Assembly (NCBI RefSeq): GCF_009914755.1 | Contig: NC_060926.1 | Source of the DNA: the human T2T-CHM13v2.0 reference genome, Homo sapiens | Direction: 5' to 3' (one strand) | DNA length: 64,000 nucleotides | Shown: in pieces, positions 19,501-36,585 of the stretch | Position numbering within the stretch: position 1 is the stretch's first letter | Layout of the letters: each line of letters opens with the position of its first letter | Notes under the pieces: generated by a model | What the model saw: only the letters and a program-made list of their open reading frames with translations | Told to the model about the DNA's origin: nothing | Database searches by the model: none | Program-made: the position numbers and the translations under genes

Positions 19501-22096
19501 CTATTAAAAGCAAAGATTAATTTTAGTATTCTTACTCTGCATGCATTTCTTTTCCCCTTTCAATAACCAAGTTTTTTTAACTTCTACTATGTAAAGGCCA
19601 ATTATTATGAAAAGAAAACTGTCATTAAAGAGCCAATGAGATGCAAGCATTACCTAACCCATCATCTGAAACTAAAACCAACTACTGAATTCAACAGGGC
19701 TTGAAAAGGGTCTGAAGACAGCTTTTTTTTTTTTTTTTTTTGAGAGGGTGTCTCACTCTGTTGCCCAGGCTGGAGTGCTGTGGTGCGGTCTTGGCACACT
19801 GCAACTTCTGCCTCCTGAGTTCAAGCGATTCTCCTGCCTCAGCCACCAAGTAGCCGGGATTACAGGCGTCTGCCACTGCCCCAGGCTAATTTTTGTATTT
19901 TTAGTAGAGACCATGTTTCACCATGTTGGCCAGGCTGGTCTCAAACTCCTGACCTCATGATCCACCTGCCTTGGCCTCCCAAAGCACTGGGATTACAGGT
20001 GTGAGCCACTGTGCCTAGCCAAGGACAGCTTTTTGATCATTAATTTTGCATCAGAAATAAAGTAACCAAATAGCCCAGTTTGCCAGAGACAGTCCTGATT
20101 TACATCCATTGCCCAGCAATTACTAACTGCTCCCCTTCGCTCTTAAAGATGTTCTAGCTCGGGTGACAAATTAAAAGTCACTATGGGCCAGGCATGGTGA
20201 CTCACGCCTGTAATCTAAGCACTTTGCGAGGTCAAGGTGGGTGGATCACCTGAGGTCAGGAGTTCGAAACCAGCCTGACCAACATGGTGAAACCCCATTT
20301 CTACTAAAAATACAAAAATTAGTTGGGCATTGTGGCAGGCACCTGTAATCCCAGCTACTCAGGAGGCTGAGGCAGGAGAATCACCTGAACCCGGGAGGCA
20401 GAGGTTGCAGTGAGCCAAGATCACGCCATTGCACTCCAGCCTGGATGACTACAGCGAAACTGTCTCAAAAAAAAAAAAAATCACTATGAAAAACATACAA
20501 CTTCTATGTTTATACATTTATATAAAATACTGCCTACATACTTCAGTAAATATATAATATTCAATATATGCATCCACGAATAGCAATGCTTAGCTAGCAT
20601 TACATGATGTTCTAAATGACTTAACATGCCTATTAACCAAAGCTTTATAACTTTATTTCTGATGTCGTTCAGTTTCTAAAATGTTTCACATGCTCTCTGC
20701 CTTAAAAGGGTTAAGAGTTAATACCACATAATTTACACCACTCTTTTTTTGGTAAGCGGAAACAGGGTCTTCCTCTGTCCCCAGGCTGGAGTGCAGTGGT
20801 GCAATATAGCTCACTGTCACCTCCAGCTCCTGGGCTCAAGTGGTCCACCAGCTCAAGCTTCCCAAGTAGCAAGGACTACAGATGCATGCCAGCATGCCTG
20901 GCTGATTTTATTTTTCTTTCTGTAGAGACCGAGTCTCACTATGTTGTCCAAGCTGGTCTCAAACTCCTGGCCTCAAGCAATCCCCTCACCTCAGCCTTCC
21001 AAAGGGAGGGGATTACAAGCACGAGCCCACCACACCTGGCCTTATACCATTCTCAGTGGCTCCACATCAATTATAGCACTACACTGTCATACAATGATCC
21101 CCTCAGAGTGGCCAGGGCTACCACTGTGAAGAGACCCAAATCTGCTTTTAGTAGTAAATAATCCCAAACTGCAATGTTTGTGTACTCACATATCCTCTCT
21201 TCCAGGATTCTTTTTTCCCTTTCCACTGTCATGCCACTGGGCCCACCCTCATCAGCATATCCTCTATCCCGTCAGTTTGCAATATGCAAACTCACACAGC
21301 ACAGGTTGGAAGCAAATAATATTAAAATACCATATAACCAAGTATGTCATAGCTGAATCCAAAATAAGTGTAAACCCAATGCTGCATGAGTGTGTGAGAA
21401 CCCTTTGCAGGTAAAGTACATAAACTTATGTGCATAAACTATGGGGCTTCTATTTGGCTATAAAGGGGTAAGATTTTTTGTTTTTATTTATTTAATTTCT
21501 TCCATTATTATTTGTTTTTATATATTTTGCTTAGGCTTATAATACTTCTAGGTACCTGGCCTTGTGATTACGAAATACCTTTTAGAAGGCAAGGAATCTC
21601 TATAGCAACTTGGAATACCATTTACCAGCAGTGAAGATTCCTAAAATGAAAAAGTCATTCTTGTCTACAATCTGCCAATGTCCTGCTTTGGCAGTTAGAT
21701 TGGAAACCAAGATATGTCATGAACTTCCTTATATCATACAGGCATTCTTTTCTTAACCTACGTTTGTTGGCAAATCCCTTCAATTCTAACATTTTGTTTA
21801 CTATGATATGTTCAGAAATATTCTCCTCTAGCATTTTTGAAATTGCATCTCAGGAATAATTCAAGCAGAATCCAATATTTATTAAGATAATTCTGATTGT
21901 ATTTTGACAATAATATTAAGTTTTATTCAATTAAGGCAATTAGGTTACTTTCACAATTTATCTGAAAATTGAGATATTTATTTTAAAATTAAAAACATCA
22001 TTAATACATTACAGAAAAAAAAACATTAAATATGCCAAGAATTATCTTAGTCGCTTAGGCTTCCAGTTTCCCAGATGTTCTTGCAAGAGGCATGTC

Positions 22097-22107
22097 CATA
22101 TATATAC

Positions 22108-22145
<38 letters not shown>
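22097..22145. repeat. (TA)n microsatellite at an Alu tail
   Basis: Direct reading. Confidence 0.9.
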
Positions 22146-22153
<8 letters not shown>

Positions 22154-22710
22154 TTCTTTTGAGACTGAGTCTCACTCTATCACCTAGGCTGGAGTGCAGT
22201 GGCACGATCTTGGCTCACTGCAACCTCCGCATTCTGGGTTCAAGCAATTCTCCTGCCTCAGACTCTCAAGTAGCTGAGATTACAGAAGTGCACCACCACA
22301 CCCCGCTGATTTTTGTATTTTCAGTAGAGAAAGGGTTTCACCACGTTGGCCAGGCTGGTCTCGAACTACCGACCTCAAGCGATCCACCTGCCTCAGTCTC
22401 ACAAAATGTTGGGATTACAGGTGTGAGCCACCATGCCCAGCAGGCATGTCCATATATTATTATACTGCACAATATTCCCCAACAGAAGAACCTCAGGGAA
22501 CAGAACTAGCACATCCTTCACCTGTACTCCAGCCTTAGAGCACACATAGAGTGGACATCACAAAGCACTCCCTAGCTCTTTAAAGCTCCTCTACAAAGCT
22601 AAGAACTTGATCCAGTGGCTTCAAAAATGGCAAAATAATGTTTAAAACCCCAATTATTAATGTAAATCACAATTACTTCATGTCTTATAAATGAAACTTC
22701 TCAATCGTAC

Positions 22711-22771
22711 CTAACTCAGAGGTGGCAATTTCAGGAACAGTGATCCTAACCATGGAGCCATTACTCAGTTC
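22711..22771 (-). pseudogene. Duplicated ANAPC1 exon (61 nt) ELSNGSMVRITVPEIATSEL
   Basis: Translated by hand. AG/GT-bounded with a phase-1 end matching the next exon. Confidence 0.88.
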
Positions 22772-23297
22772 CTAGATGGAAACAAATGAGAAAGTAAATA
22801 AAATCTGTGCATTCTAAGTCTTTGAATGTCTTAAAAATAGCTGGTACAAGACTTTGCCCATCAAAGCAATAAAATAAATGAAAAACAATTTTCAAACAGA
22901 AATGAACACTTCCAAATTTCAGAAACTTTAAATGTAATTATTTGCAAAATGTTTTCCAAAATGCTTGTTTTAATAAAAAGTGTCTAATCTTTATACAGTG
23001 AGTCAGCATCATCAAAAGGACATTTAGTTTTAATGAGATGACAAAAAATCACATCAATATACAATTCAACTGACTCAACAAGCTTTTGTTTTCATGAAGT
23101 TTTTAATAATACAGAAACTGTAGAAAACAAGCAGAATTACTGTATAGTAAAAAGTAAAATAGTGCCAAAAAATGACACAATAGATTTTTTTAAATCATGA
23201 GAAATGTTTGTTGTCATTTTTCAGACAAAATTCTGTATTCTGTCAAATTTGAAATGCCAGCCCACTTCTTGGAAAGCTACCAAATGTTTATACTTAC

Positions 23298-23438
23298 TAG
23301 GGTGACTCTGTTATGGACAGGATCTCTGATAGAATCAATGTAAGTTCCAAGCTGTTGGAAAGTACAATCCTCATTATAGAGAGAATCATGAAGTTTTGAA
23401 GAATCCCTCAGTTCTGGAACTGGGAACAACAGAAGAAC
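23298..23438 (-). pseudogene. Duplicated ANAPC1 exon (141 nt) VLLLFPVPELRDSSKLHDSLYNEDCTFQQLGTYIDSIRDPVHNRVTL
   Basis: ttacag acceptor, gtaagt donor, in frame with the previous exon. Confidence 0.9.
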
Positions 23439-24057
23439 CTGTAAAAAGTCATAAATACAATACAAATGAATTCTTTTCTGAGAAATTAAGGACAAGGAAA
23501 TTTAACTATTTCTTTTTTGCATATGGTCTAACAAACAATAATATGTAATGATTCAAAAACATTCTGCTCCAAGCCAAGCATGGTGGTGCACACCTGTATA
23601 GTCCCAGCTACTCAGAAGACTGAGACAGGAGAATCACTTAAGCCTAGGAATTTGAGGCTGTAGTGAGCCTGTGAATAGTCACTGCCCTCCAGCCTGGATG
23701 ACACGGCAAGACCCAGGCTCTTTAAAACATTTTGTCCCAGATACAATGAAGTACCAGCAAACCAAGGTCCTCACAGGAAACAACTAGAAAAGGTAGGTAA
23801 AAGGAAAACATCTGATTGGTGGCTGTGGAAAAGCTGTGGAAGCAACCTGGACTTGAGGGACCAAGATCTAGGAGAGAAGGCAACTGCAGGGAAAGGGGCC
23901 AACGTTCTTGGAGAACCTTGCTTTTTCTGCTCTGGCCATCTGCAAATTTTGGTGGTAAGAGGAACATATGGAAAGGCTGACAATATGCAAGGAAAGTCAT
24001 AGCTAAGAGGGAGAGAAGCCAGCAGCACTGTTAGCAACCTTACAGGGCTAAAGACTA

Positions 24058-24312
<255 letters not shown>

Positions 24313-26325
24313 TTACTCCAGTCTAGATGACAGGGCAAGACTCCATCTCAAAAAAAAAAAACTAAACTGTGATTTGAGGCAGCTGAGGAACTAAGAGCCC
24401 AGGAAGAAAGGACAGTAATGAAAAAGCCAACAAATGAGACCAGTATTTAGTGGTATTTCCCCTATAGGCAATTATTTATTCAAAAATACAGGAACAGCAT
24501 TTATTTGCTTAACTGCAGATATGCAAACAAAAAATTTAAATGGTCTTAGTTACTATCTACATGCAGATGCTTCCAATCTTAATCTCTAGTCATGACCACT
24601 GATCCTTTTTTGATTCCTTTAATTCAATTTATATATCTCTAAGTGAATATCTTGTCAACACTGACAATCAAGACTAAGATGTATTTATTCTATTCCAGAT
24701 TCTACTCTAAAAGTCACCAGGAAAAATTCAGCTCCACTGGTCCTGGCTCTAAGTCTACTAGCAAAATCTTCCAGAGAAGTGGAAAAGCCATCAGCCAATG
24801 TGTCAGACTATCATTTCCATGACCTTACACCTATCAAAAAGGCACTATTACCAGGCTTATAGAATTCTAAAAAAGTTGGAAACCATTTTCCATTATAAAA
24901 GAAATTCTTCCAAATCACACAAAACACTCTGACACTTCTCCAGTTCCCCCTTTGAATGTTCTGCAAATGTGCTGGTTTGAAGGAAAAAAAATTCAATGTG
25001 GCACATGTTTAAAAATATAATGAAGACATAGACATTATCAAATACAACAGATAGCACTAACCTTCCCTTTGAACCGTCCCTAAACATCCACACTCACATG
25101 TCCTTTAAATACAAACCACTTTTCTCCAGGCTTCCTAACTTGGTAAATCCAGGTACCTTCCCAGGTCGTTCAGAGAATTCGGAGCCTCCTTCCACATCAC
25201 CTTTCCCCAGCCCAGCAGCACAAAACCAATCAGCTGACAAACTCATTTCCACCTCTCAAGGCCTCTCATATTAATCCCTCCTTTCCACACATATACTGCC
25301 CTAGCTCAGACCCTCTTCATACTTCTTAAACTGACACAGACAACCTCACTTGGAGGCTAACTGGTCTCCTTATCTTGAATCCCAAAATACACCTATTTAC
25401 AACACAGATCCAAAACCTCGTAACTCCTTTCTCAAAATCCTGTAATGCCCTGTCAATTGCATTCAGAAGAAAACCACCTTTTCATCCTTTCTCCCTTTAA
25501 GAGCACATTAGTAAGAGTGTAAATCCCAGTTCTACCACTTAGTAGGTTTATTTCATTTGTAACCTCTATCTCATTTGTAAAAAAAAGAATCATAGTACTA
25601 TCTTCTCAATAAAGCTGTTCTAAGGAAATAATTATTACTAATAAAGCACTGAGAACAATGCCTAGCACATAGAAAATGCTCAAAAAAGGTTATTATTGTT
25701 ATCCAAACCCTATCCTGCCTCACCCTACAGACTACTTGTACTTTTATAAGTATTTATTCTACAGATTTATTCAGTCCTTATGACTAGGAGATGAAGATAC
25801 AAATATCCATTAAAAAATGTTCCGCATTATCTGGCCTTCCTGCCTGTGCCTGTGGAGTTTCTCCTTGCCCTGAATGCTCCTTTCTACCTACAGATATCCT
25901 ACTCATCCCCAAGGTCCAAACGAAGACTGACATGTCTCTCAGAGATGAGGCTTTGATTTTGCCATGTCCTCCCATTGGATGTTATCTTCCCATCAGTCAA
26001 TCAACGATGGTACTCTCTTTTCCACATTACTGAGTCATGAGTCTTTCTTAAATTCTAATTTCTTATGCAGACAGTACATCAACTCCACACAATTGTGAGA
26101 TCCCTAGATGGAAAAGAATGTATCATTTCCATCTCTCCAGCACCTTCAAAAAGTATCACACACATCACAAGGGAGGTCAGTGTATGTTAACTGAATCACT
26201 TCTGTTTGAAAACATTTATTCTGCAAGTAGAAACTAAAATTAAGTTAACCATGGAAAGAACTAATGTTTAACCAAACTTCTTTAAAAAATGTTAACTTTT
26301 TGGCAGCACCTAGTCCTTTTCTTAC

Positions 26326-26460
26326 CTCGTCCAATGATCCAAGGAGTTTACTAAGAGGCTTTGGAGCACTAACGCCATCAAGTGGAGTACTGGGCTGAGG
26401 CATTGTGTTGGACATTGTCAGAGAGGGAGCTGGCAGTCCAGGAATAAAAACCTTTCCCAC
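26326..26460 (-). pseudogene. Duplicated ANAPC1 exon (135 nt) VGKVFIPGLPAPSLTMSNTMPQPSTPLDGVSAPKPLSKLLGSLDE
   Basis: AG/GT-bounded and open. Peptide recognised as internal ANAPC1 sequence. Confidence 0.9.
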
Positions 26461-28964
26461 CTTTAAGCAATAAAAAGATGTGAAAAAAAAATACTGCCTT
26501 TAATGCATCACATCCTTAAATAAAATGTTAAGGAATATAAACATATATTTCTTTTGATATTTCTAAGTTTATGCTCACCAAACACAGCAAAGAAACAATT
26601 CAAATGTCAATAATCTATCCAATTCCACTATCCAACTGCAAATATGTTGGTATAATTTCTTTTTTTTTTTTTTTTTTGAGATAAGATCTCACTCTTTCCC
26701 TGTGGCTGGAGTACAGTGGCATGATCTCAGCTCACTGCAGCCTCAACCTACCAGGCTCAAGTGATCCTCCCACTTCAGCCTCCTGAGTAGCTGGAACTAC
26801 AGGCACATGCCACTATGCCTGGTTAATTTTGTATTTTTTGGTAGAGACAGGGTTTCACCATGTTATCCAGGCTGGTCTTGAACTTCTGGGCTGAAGCCAT
26901 CTGCCCACCTAGACCTCTCATACCTTGGTATAATTTCTCTTGGTTGGATTCCTTCTCTTCATTACTGAAGACTTTTTTGGAAGGCAAGGAGAGGAATGTT
27001 AATATAGTCAGCACATTATACAAAAATCTGTACACTATGTACTCTTCTACCTTATTGGTCATAAAGACAGTAAGAACAGCGGCCGGGTGCGGTGGCCCAC
27101 GCCTGTAATCCTAACACTTTGGGAAGCCGAGGCAGGCGGATCACAAGGTCAGGAGTTCAAGAGCATCCTGCCTAACACAGTGAAACCCCATCTCTACTAA
27201 AAATTAAAAAAAAAAAAAATTAGCCGGGCATGGTGGCAGGCACCTGTAGTCCCAGCTACTCTGAGGCTGAGGCAGGAGAATGGTGTGAACCCAGCAGGCG
27301 GAACTTGCAGTGAGCCGAGATCGCGCCACTGCACTCCAGCCCGGGCAACAAGAATGAAACTCTGTCTCAAAAAAAGAATGAGTTGACAATCCGTGCTAAC
27401 CACTCCTTATTTTGGCTATCTGTAGGGTACTTAGCAAAAACAGAAATTCACATCTGTACAGGCTGAAAACTTGATAAGACTAAAAAGGAGATGCTCAGAA
27501 CTAAAATGAGATCTTAACAATGTACATATTCATGTTAACACACTACTCAACAGCTAACAAAATAACAGAAGTTGCCCCAATAAAATCCTTAGGCTTAAAA
27601 AACAAAAATAACAGTGAGAACTAATTATGCATAATTTTTTAAAAGCTATCTCAAACCCCTAATTTATGAAAAGATGGAATAAGCACATACCATGCTATTC
27701 CCTCATTAATCACCAAAAAGAAAAAAAAAACTGAATAAAATTTATAATGCAACTAACAGAAGATTCTGAAAAAGTGAAGAAAAGAAGACAAACTGGCTAG
27801 TAACCTGAGACCCAGGAATGACCTAATGATGAATTCCCTAGGTTTCTGGTTTTTTTGACTCCTTACATAACCAGGCCTCAGGCTTTCAAAGTGCCTATAA
27901 CGCAGACATGCCAACGTTCACAGACAAAACACGCCCTGAGAAAATCTTACTCTTTCCAGCCAAAGTGTTGGGAAAAGAATGACCGACCAGGACAGAAACT
28001 TTTCACTATATCTGCCCTACTCTTTACAAACACCATGAAAAAAGTCATGGCCGTCCCTTCCTCCTCATCAGGAGGCACAGTGAAAATTTTGAATGTCCCT
28101 CGTCTATTTGAGGAAGTCCCCTTCTATTTCTAGATGCTGAGGTTTTTTTTCATCACGGATATTTGATTTTATCAAATGATTTCTCTGCATCTATTTAGAT
28201 CCTTGGTCAGCAAACCATGTTCCATGACCAAATCTGGCTTGTATCCTGTTTTTGTACAGTCTGTGAGCTAAGAATAGGTTTTATGTACTTAAATGGTTAA
28301 GGAAAAAAAAAAACAGAAGACAAATATGTAATAGAGACTGCATGTGGCCCATAGAGGCTAAGTTACCTGTCTGAACTCCTACATAAAAAGTTTGCCAGGC
28401 TGGATGTGGTGGCTCATGTCTGTAATATCCCAGCACTTTGGGAGGCTGAGGTGGGAGGATCGCTTGAGTCAGGAGGTCATGGGTGCAGTGAGCTGTGATG
28501 CCACCACTGCACTCCAGCCTGAGTAACAGAACGAGATACTGTATCAAAAAAAAGAAGAGAAAAGAAATTGCCAAGGATGGAGAGGACATGAACAACATTA
28601 TCAACAAAATGGAATGAACTGACATTTACAAAATACTCAAGGGTGCTTTCTTGGTGATATAGCCCTTTAAAGCCTCTCTTTGTTCCTGGTCATTTTTTTT
28701 CCCCACTTTATAGCAACTCCAGCTATCTTTTGATTACTGTTTGCATAATATATCTTCTTTCCATCCTTTAACTTACCTATGTCATTATATTTGAAGAACA
28801 CTTCTTATAACCAACATATATAGTTGGGCTATATTTTCTAATCTCTTCTGCTAGTCTCTGTTATTTGTGTTAGACCATTGTATTTAATTAGTGGCCTAGT
28901 GGGATTTAAATCTGCCATTTAATGTTTGTTTTCTGTATGTTCCCACTTTCTTTGCTCATCCAGA

Positions 28965-29215
28965 AGAAGCAACTCTTCAAGTTTGATCATAAGATTTTGG
29001 CAATTCTGTTCAAGTTTGGCAATTCTGTTCAGGTTTAATCATAAGATCTTGGCAATTTAGTCACATCTTCAGTCTCTACTTCTAATTCTAATTCTCTTGC
29101 TATTTCCACCACATCTGCAGTGACTTCCTCCACTAAAGTTTTGAGCCCCTCAAAGTCACCCATGAGGGTTGGAATCAACTTCTTCCAAATTCCTGTTTAT
29201 GTTGATATTTTGTCC
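28965..29215. mobile_element. Tigger1 fragment with a local internal duplication
   Basis: GAAGCAACTC..GATT..GCAATT.AGTCACATCTTCAG..CATGAGGGTTGGAATCAACTTCTTCCAAA. Confidence 0.65.
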
Positions 29216-29624
29216 TGATTTCCCAGGTAGATGTCCTCAAACTTCGTGCTTAAATAAGCCCTTCAAAGTTCTATTCTAATCCCTTTGATTATTTCAGGTT
29301 GATGGACTAGAGGTTGCTGTGTGTGTATGTGTATCACTATGTTGTCACCTGACAAATGACAAGGTTCATAAGTTTAGAAAAGAGAGCTTTATTTCTCATA
29401 AAGGGTTGCAGCCTGCAGGTGGCCATTCTGACAGGTCAGGAAGCATGGACTGTAGCCAGCAGCCCTTCAAGGGAGGGGTTAAGGAAACAGCAATTTACTC
29501 TGAGTGGGTTGGCCATGTATATATATTCAACAGGTTATAAGAGGAGCTATGAATATTCATGAAAAGGAAGCACAGGCATAGTAGGCTAATGAATGCAACA
29601 TGCATCCTATGTTCAACTTTAGAT

Positions 29625-30204
29625 GTTGTATTAGTCAGGGCTTTCCAGACGGACAGAACTAATAGGATATATGTATATATGAAAGGAAGTTTATCAGGGG
29701 GAACTGGCTCACATGATCACAAGGTGAAGTCCCATGATAGGCCATCTGCAAGCTAAGGAAGAAGGAAGCCAGTAGTGGCTCAGTCCCAGTCCAAAAGCCT
29801 CAAAAGCAGGGCAGCCAACAGTGCAGTTTTCAGTCTATGGCCAAAGGCCCAAGAGCCCCCAGCAAACCACTCACGTAAGCCCAAGAGTCCAAAGGCCGAG
29901 GAACCTGGAGTCTGATGTCCAAGGGCAGGAGGAGTGGAAGGAAGCATCCAGCCTGGGAGGAAGGTGAAAGCCAGAAGGCGCAGCAAGCCAGCTTAGCCCA
30001 CTTTCTTCCACCTGCTTCCTTCTAGCCGAGATGGCAGCCGATTGAATGGTGCCCACCCACATTAAGGGTTGGTCTTCCTCTCCCAGTCCACTGTCTCAAA
30101 TGTCAATCTCCTCTGGCAACATAGACACAGTGAGAAACAAGACTTTACCAGCCATCTAGGCATCCTTCAATCCAATCAAGTTGACACCTAATATTAACTG
30201 TCAC
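29625..30204 (-). mobile_element. MLT2 (ERVL) LTR nested inside another ERV1-type LTR (about 29340-31260)
   Basis: TGTATTAGTCAGGG...CAAGTTGACACCTAATATTAACTGTCACA. The host LTR sequence resumes on both sides. Confidence 0.7.
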
Positions 30205-31789
30205 AGATGGTTAACCTAATGTATTACAATTAGGCCCTATACATCAAAAGGTGAAGCAGAGGACATGAAGGCCCTCTGTGTGCAACCTCTGTAGACTGGC
30301 CAGAACCACTCCTGTGGGCAGTGGTTTCTTATCAGGAAGGAACGTTGGTCAGTGTTGAAATTACAAAATGGAGAACCAGTCACATGGTTGGTTGAAGTTA
30401 GCAGTGGAGCACATTTTTTTTTTGGCGGGGGGGTGGGGGGCGGTACAGAGTCTCTTTTTGTTGCCCAGGCTGGAGTGCAGTGGTGCAATGACAGCTCTGC
30501 AGCCTCGGCCTCTATCTCCCCAGCTCAAGCAATCCTCCCACCTCGACGTCTCAAGTAGCTGAGACTACAGGCATGTACCATCATGACCGGCTAATTTTTT
30601 TTTGAGACGGAGTTTTGCTCTTGTTGCCCAGGCTGGAGTGCAATGGCGTGATCTTGGCTCACTGCAACCTCTGACTCCTGGGTTCTAGTGATTCTCCTGT
30701 CTCAGCCTCCTGAGTAGCTGGGATTACAGGCACATGCCACCATGCCTGGCTAATTTTTGTATTTTTAGTAGAGACGGGGTTTCCTAATATTGGTCAGGCT
30801 GGTCTCAAACTCCTGACCTCAGGTGATCCACCTGCCTCAGCCTCCCAAAGTGCTGGGATTACAGGCACGAGCCATGTGCCTCGCCTTGCCCGGCTAATTT
30901 TTTTAAATTTTTTTTGTAGAGATGGGGTCTCACTATGTTGCCCAGGCTGATTTCAAACTCCTGGACTCAAGCAATGCTTCCCTGTCTCAGCCTCTCCAAG
31001 TGCTGGGATTACAGGCATGAGCCACTGAGCCTAGCCAGAGAATCTTTTTTCTGGTTTCCGGTTTTTGTTTAACCCTTAGGGAGGAAAGCCTAGTGGCAGT
31101 TAGCGAGGTGGGGTGGGGTAGTACAATGAGGTATGTCTAAAGTCCCATCCTGTCATGGCTAGAAACTTAGTTTTTATGTTTTCTCTGGGGTCCCCTTGGC
31201 CAAGATGGGATCTGTTCAGTTGGTTGGGGGGCTTAGTAATTTACTTTTATTTCCCAGTGTTCATGTCTGTGATTGTGAATGGGAGCTGCACATCAATGTG
31301 TTTGCACACACATTGTTGCATGTTTGCATGACACACAAGTTTGCATGTCTATTTAATGTTCTACACGTTCACAACCTAATTAATACTCATGGCTCAGCAT
31401 TCACAGTGCAGAAGGAGCTTTCCTAACACTGGGGAAAGTAAAATTACAAGTTTGTTTACCCTGATAACAAAACCACTCTGAGTTTTTGTTTGAACCATGA
31501 ATAAAACTGCACCAGGGTGAAATTTTGCATGTGGCTACTCCTTCTAGTCTCTTTTCCTTAGGACCCTGCAACCTAGAGTGTTGATTCTTCAGAGGGACCT
31601 TCAGTTCTAGAATGATCCACAGTATTAATAAACCTTTGAATGGCGTGGACTAGCTTCCACTTAGGATGTTACAAAGCTCATTGGGTCAGAGCCCTCGGGC
31701 TGGCAGGCCTGGTCACCTATTGGGGAAATGACCAGTTCTGAGCTTTTCAGGTTCGAGGGCAAATCAGCCACTTGGTGGTGGGAAGTTAA

Positions 31790-33535
<1,746 letters not shown>

Positions 33536-34368
33536 ACAGGGAAAACAGAGTTTGTTTTCCTTTATGTTCTCAGAGGCTATTCCAAAAGGCAGGCAGAGCA
33601 TCTCCCTACCCCCCACCTCCTTATTCCAGCTCCAGGGTTGCTTCTCACCATTCCTGCCTTAAGGACAACCCAAGCAGAGGCATCCTGCCACCGTTTAGTC
33701 ACCTTATACCCAATGTACACAGACACTTGTATCTGTATCCTATGAATCAGGGGACCCAGGAGGTGGGTCCCGCTCTACCTGAATCAGAACTAGCAGCAAC
33801 ACTGGCCAATTCTGCTCTAGACACCTACCTGGGAGGAAGAGAACTCTGTCAGCGGGTCAGGCAGCTTGAGCCACCTGTGGGACAAGGAAGCCAGAACTCA
33901 GCCCAGACACATGCTTGCCCAGCTCCCTGGACAAGGGCAGGAGCCATCCTTCCCTCCAGACCCTCCTTTTTCCACTGTACTTTAGCCTGGGCAACAGAGC
34001 GAGACTCCATCTCAAAAAAAAAAAAAAAGAATTATTAATGTTGTTGGGTGTGGAGCCTTATGCCTGTAATCCCAGCACTTTGGGAGGCCAAGGCGGGAGG
34101 ATTGCTTGAGGCCAGGAGTTCAGCACCAGCCTGGGCAACATGGTGACACCCCCATCTTTACAAAAAATGTTTAAAAATTAGTTGGGGGTGATGGTCTGTA
34201 CCTGTAGTCCTAGCTACCTGGGAGGCTGAGGTGGGAGGATGACTTGAGGCCAGGAGCTGGAGGCAGCAGTGAACTATGATTTCAACACTGCACTCCAGCC
34301 TGGGCAACAGAGGGAGACCCTGTCTCAAACAAACAGAAAAGAATTCTTTTTTTTTTTTTTTGAGTTAG

Positions 34369-34782
<414 letters not shown>

Positions 34783-35012
34783 TAGGATTACAGGCACCCA
34801 CCACCACACTTGTCTAATTTTTTTTTTTTTTCAGTATAGACGGAGTTTCACCACGTTGGCCAGGCTGGTCTCTAACTCCCGACCTCAGGTGATCCGCCTG
34901 CCTCGGCCTTCCAAAATGTTGGGATTACAGGTGTGAGCCACCGCGCCAGGCCAAGAATTCTTAGCTGATAAAAGACGGTTAACTATCGTAAGTGGTTCAA
35001 GAGGACTATAAG

Positions 35013-35330
35013 GCAGGGGCTGACAAACTTTTTCTGTAAAGGGCCAGATAGGCAATATTTTAGGCTTTGTAGGCAAGAGGCACAATCAAAGACATTAGGC
35101 AGGTCCTCATATAACAACACAGAAGCAAATGTCCACATTTTTTTAAACATGAAATTCAAAATAAAATAATGAGTACACGTTTTGGAATAACGTCCTATTA
35201 ATGAAAAGAATGGGATCCATTTTGCTGGGATAACATTTTGCCTAGTTGAGGTTCCAATGTAAAATCTTCTCAGATCGAGGGCAGTAAAAAAGCTGGATTT
35301 GATCTGCAGGTGGTAGTGTGCCGGCCCTCC
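35013..35330. mobile_element. MER58-like hAT element (a second copy at about 28205-28397)
   Basis: CAGGGGCTGACAAACTTTTTCTGTAAAGGGCCAGATAG. Confidence 0.65.
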
Positions 35331-35949
35331 AAGCCCTATCTATGGGGTGGAGGGGTGGTGAACAAGGAACTGAGAAACTTGGAAGAGGGTCTGTCCCCTA
35401 CAACTGAGATTCAGACCTCTGCAGAGAAAACCAGGTCACACAGTCCACCAAGGACAAAGAAATTTGTTAGAGGACACAGGACACGGACACGGACGAGGAC
35501 GGATGGACACCGCCCGCCCCCCCTCAAGAAAAGGGCCAACTTAGGCAAAGTTTTTCCACCTGCCACTTCACAATGACCCTCCAGCGCCCTCTACTGGCAG
35601 AGACTAGCATCAAGCCAGCTGGCAAACCAGAGGCGTCCTTTAAGGTCCTGTTTTGCAGAGCAAAAAGACTGCTTGGAGCTCAGAGGCAAATAATTCCGTA
35701 ACTTGCACAGGGATATTCACAGTGAGGCAAATAAAATTTTCCCCAACTTGTTGCTTGTCTTTAAAAGTATTTATTAGAAAGCCGGGCGCAGTGGCTCACA
35801 CCTGTAATCCCAGCGCTCTGGGAGACCAAGTCGGGTGGATCCCGAGGTCAGGAGTTTGGGACCAGCCTGACCAACGTGGTGAAACCCCGTCTCTACTAAA
35901 AATACAAAAATTTGCCGGTCATGGTGGTGGGCACCTGTAATCCCAGCTA

Positions 35950-36103
<154 letters not shown>

Positions 36104-36585
36104 TTAGTCAACTGCAACCTGTTCCCCACCCACTCAGTTCTCTGATCCCAGAACCCACAGTTATCAGTGCATTGTGTATCTTTCAGAGCTGTTCGATGCA
36201 CACATACAATGCTTTATTTTTAAAATTTCCATTTTACAAATTTTACAACAAAATCTTCCACTTTACACAAATTTAAAATATCTCGGCAGTTACATCTATT
36301 AATTTTTCTTTGATGGTTTCTGGCTTGTGTTTTATTTAGGAAGGCCATCCATACTTCAAGATTTAAAATACTTTTCCCATATTTTCTTTGAATATTTTTA
36401 TATTTTAGTTTTTACACATATATCTGTAAACCATCTGGGTTTTAATATTTGAATAAGAGTGTGAGGTGCCGATTAGATTTTATTTTCTTCCAAGCAGGTG
36501 GCCATTTAACTGCTTCAGTGTTATCTAATCCATCCTTTCCAGTGGATTCAAATGATTTAATACTGGGGCCCCCAGTCCGCAGTCA

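Noticed and set aside
35470-35512. Short ggacac-type tandem repeat
   Set aside because: A simple degenerate microsatellite with no spacer structure, not CRISPR-like.
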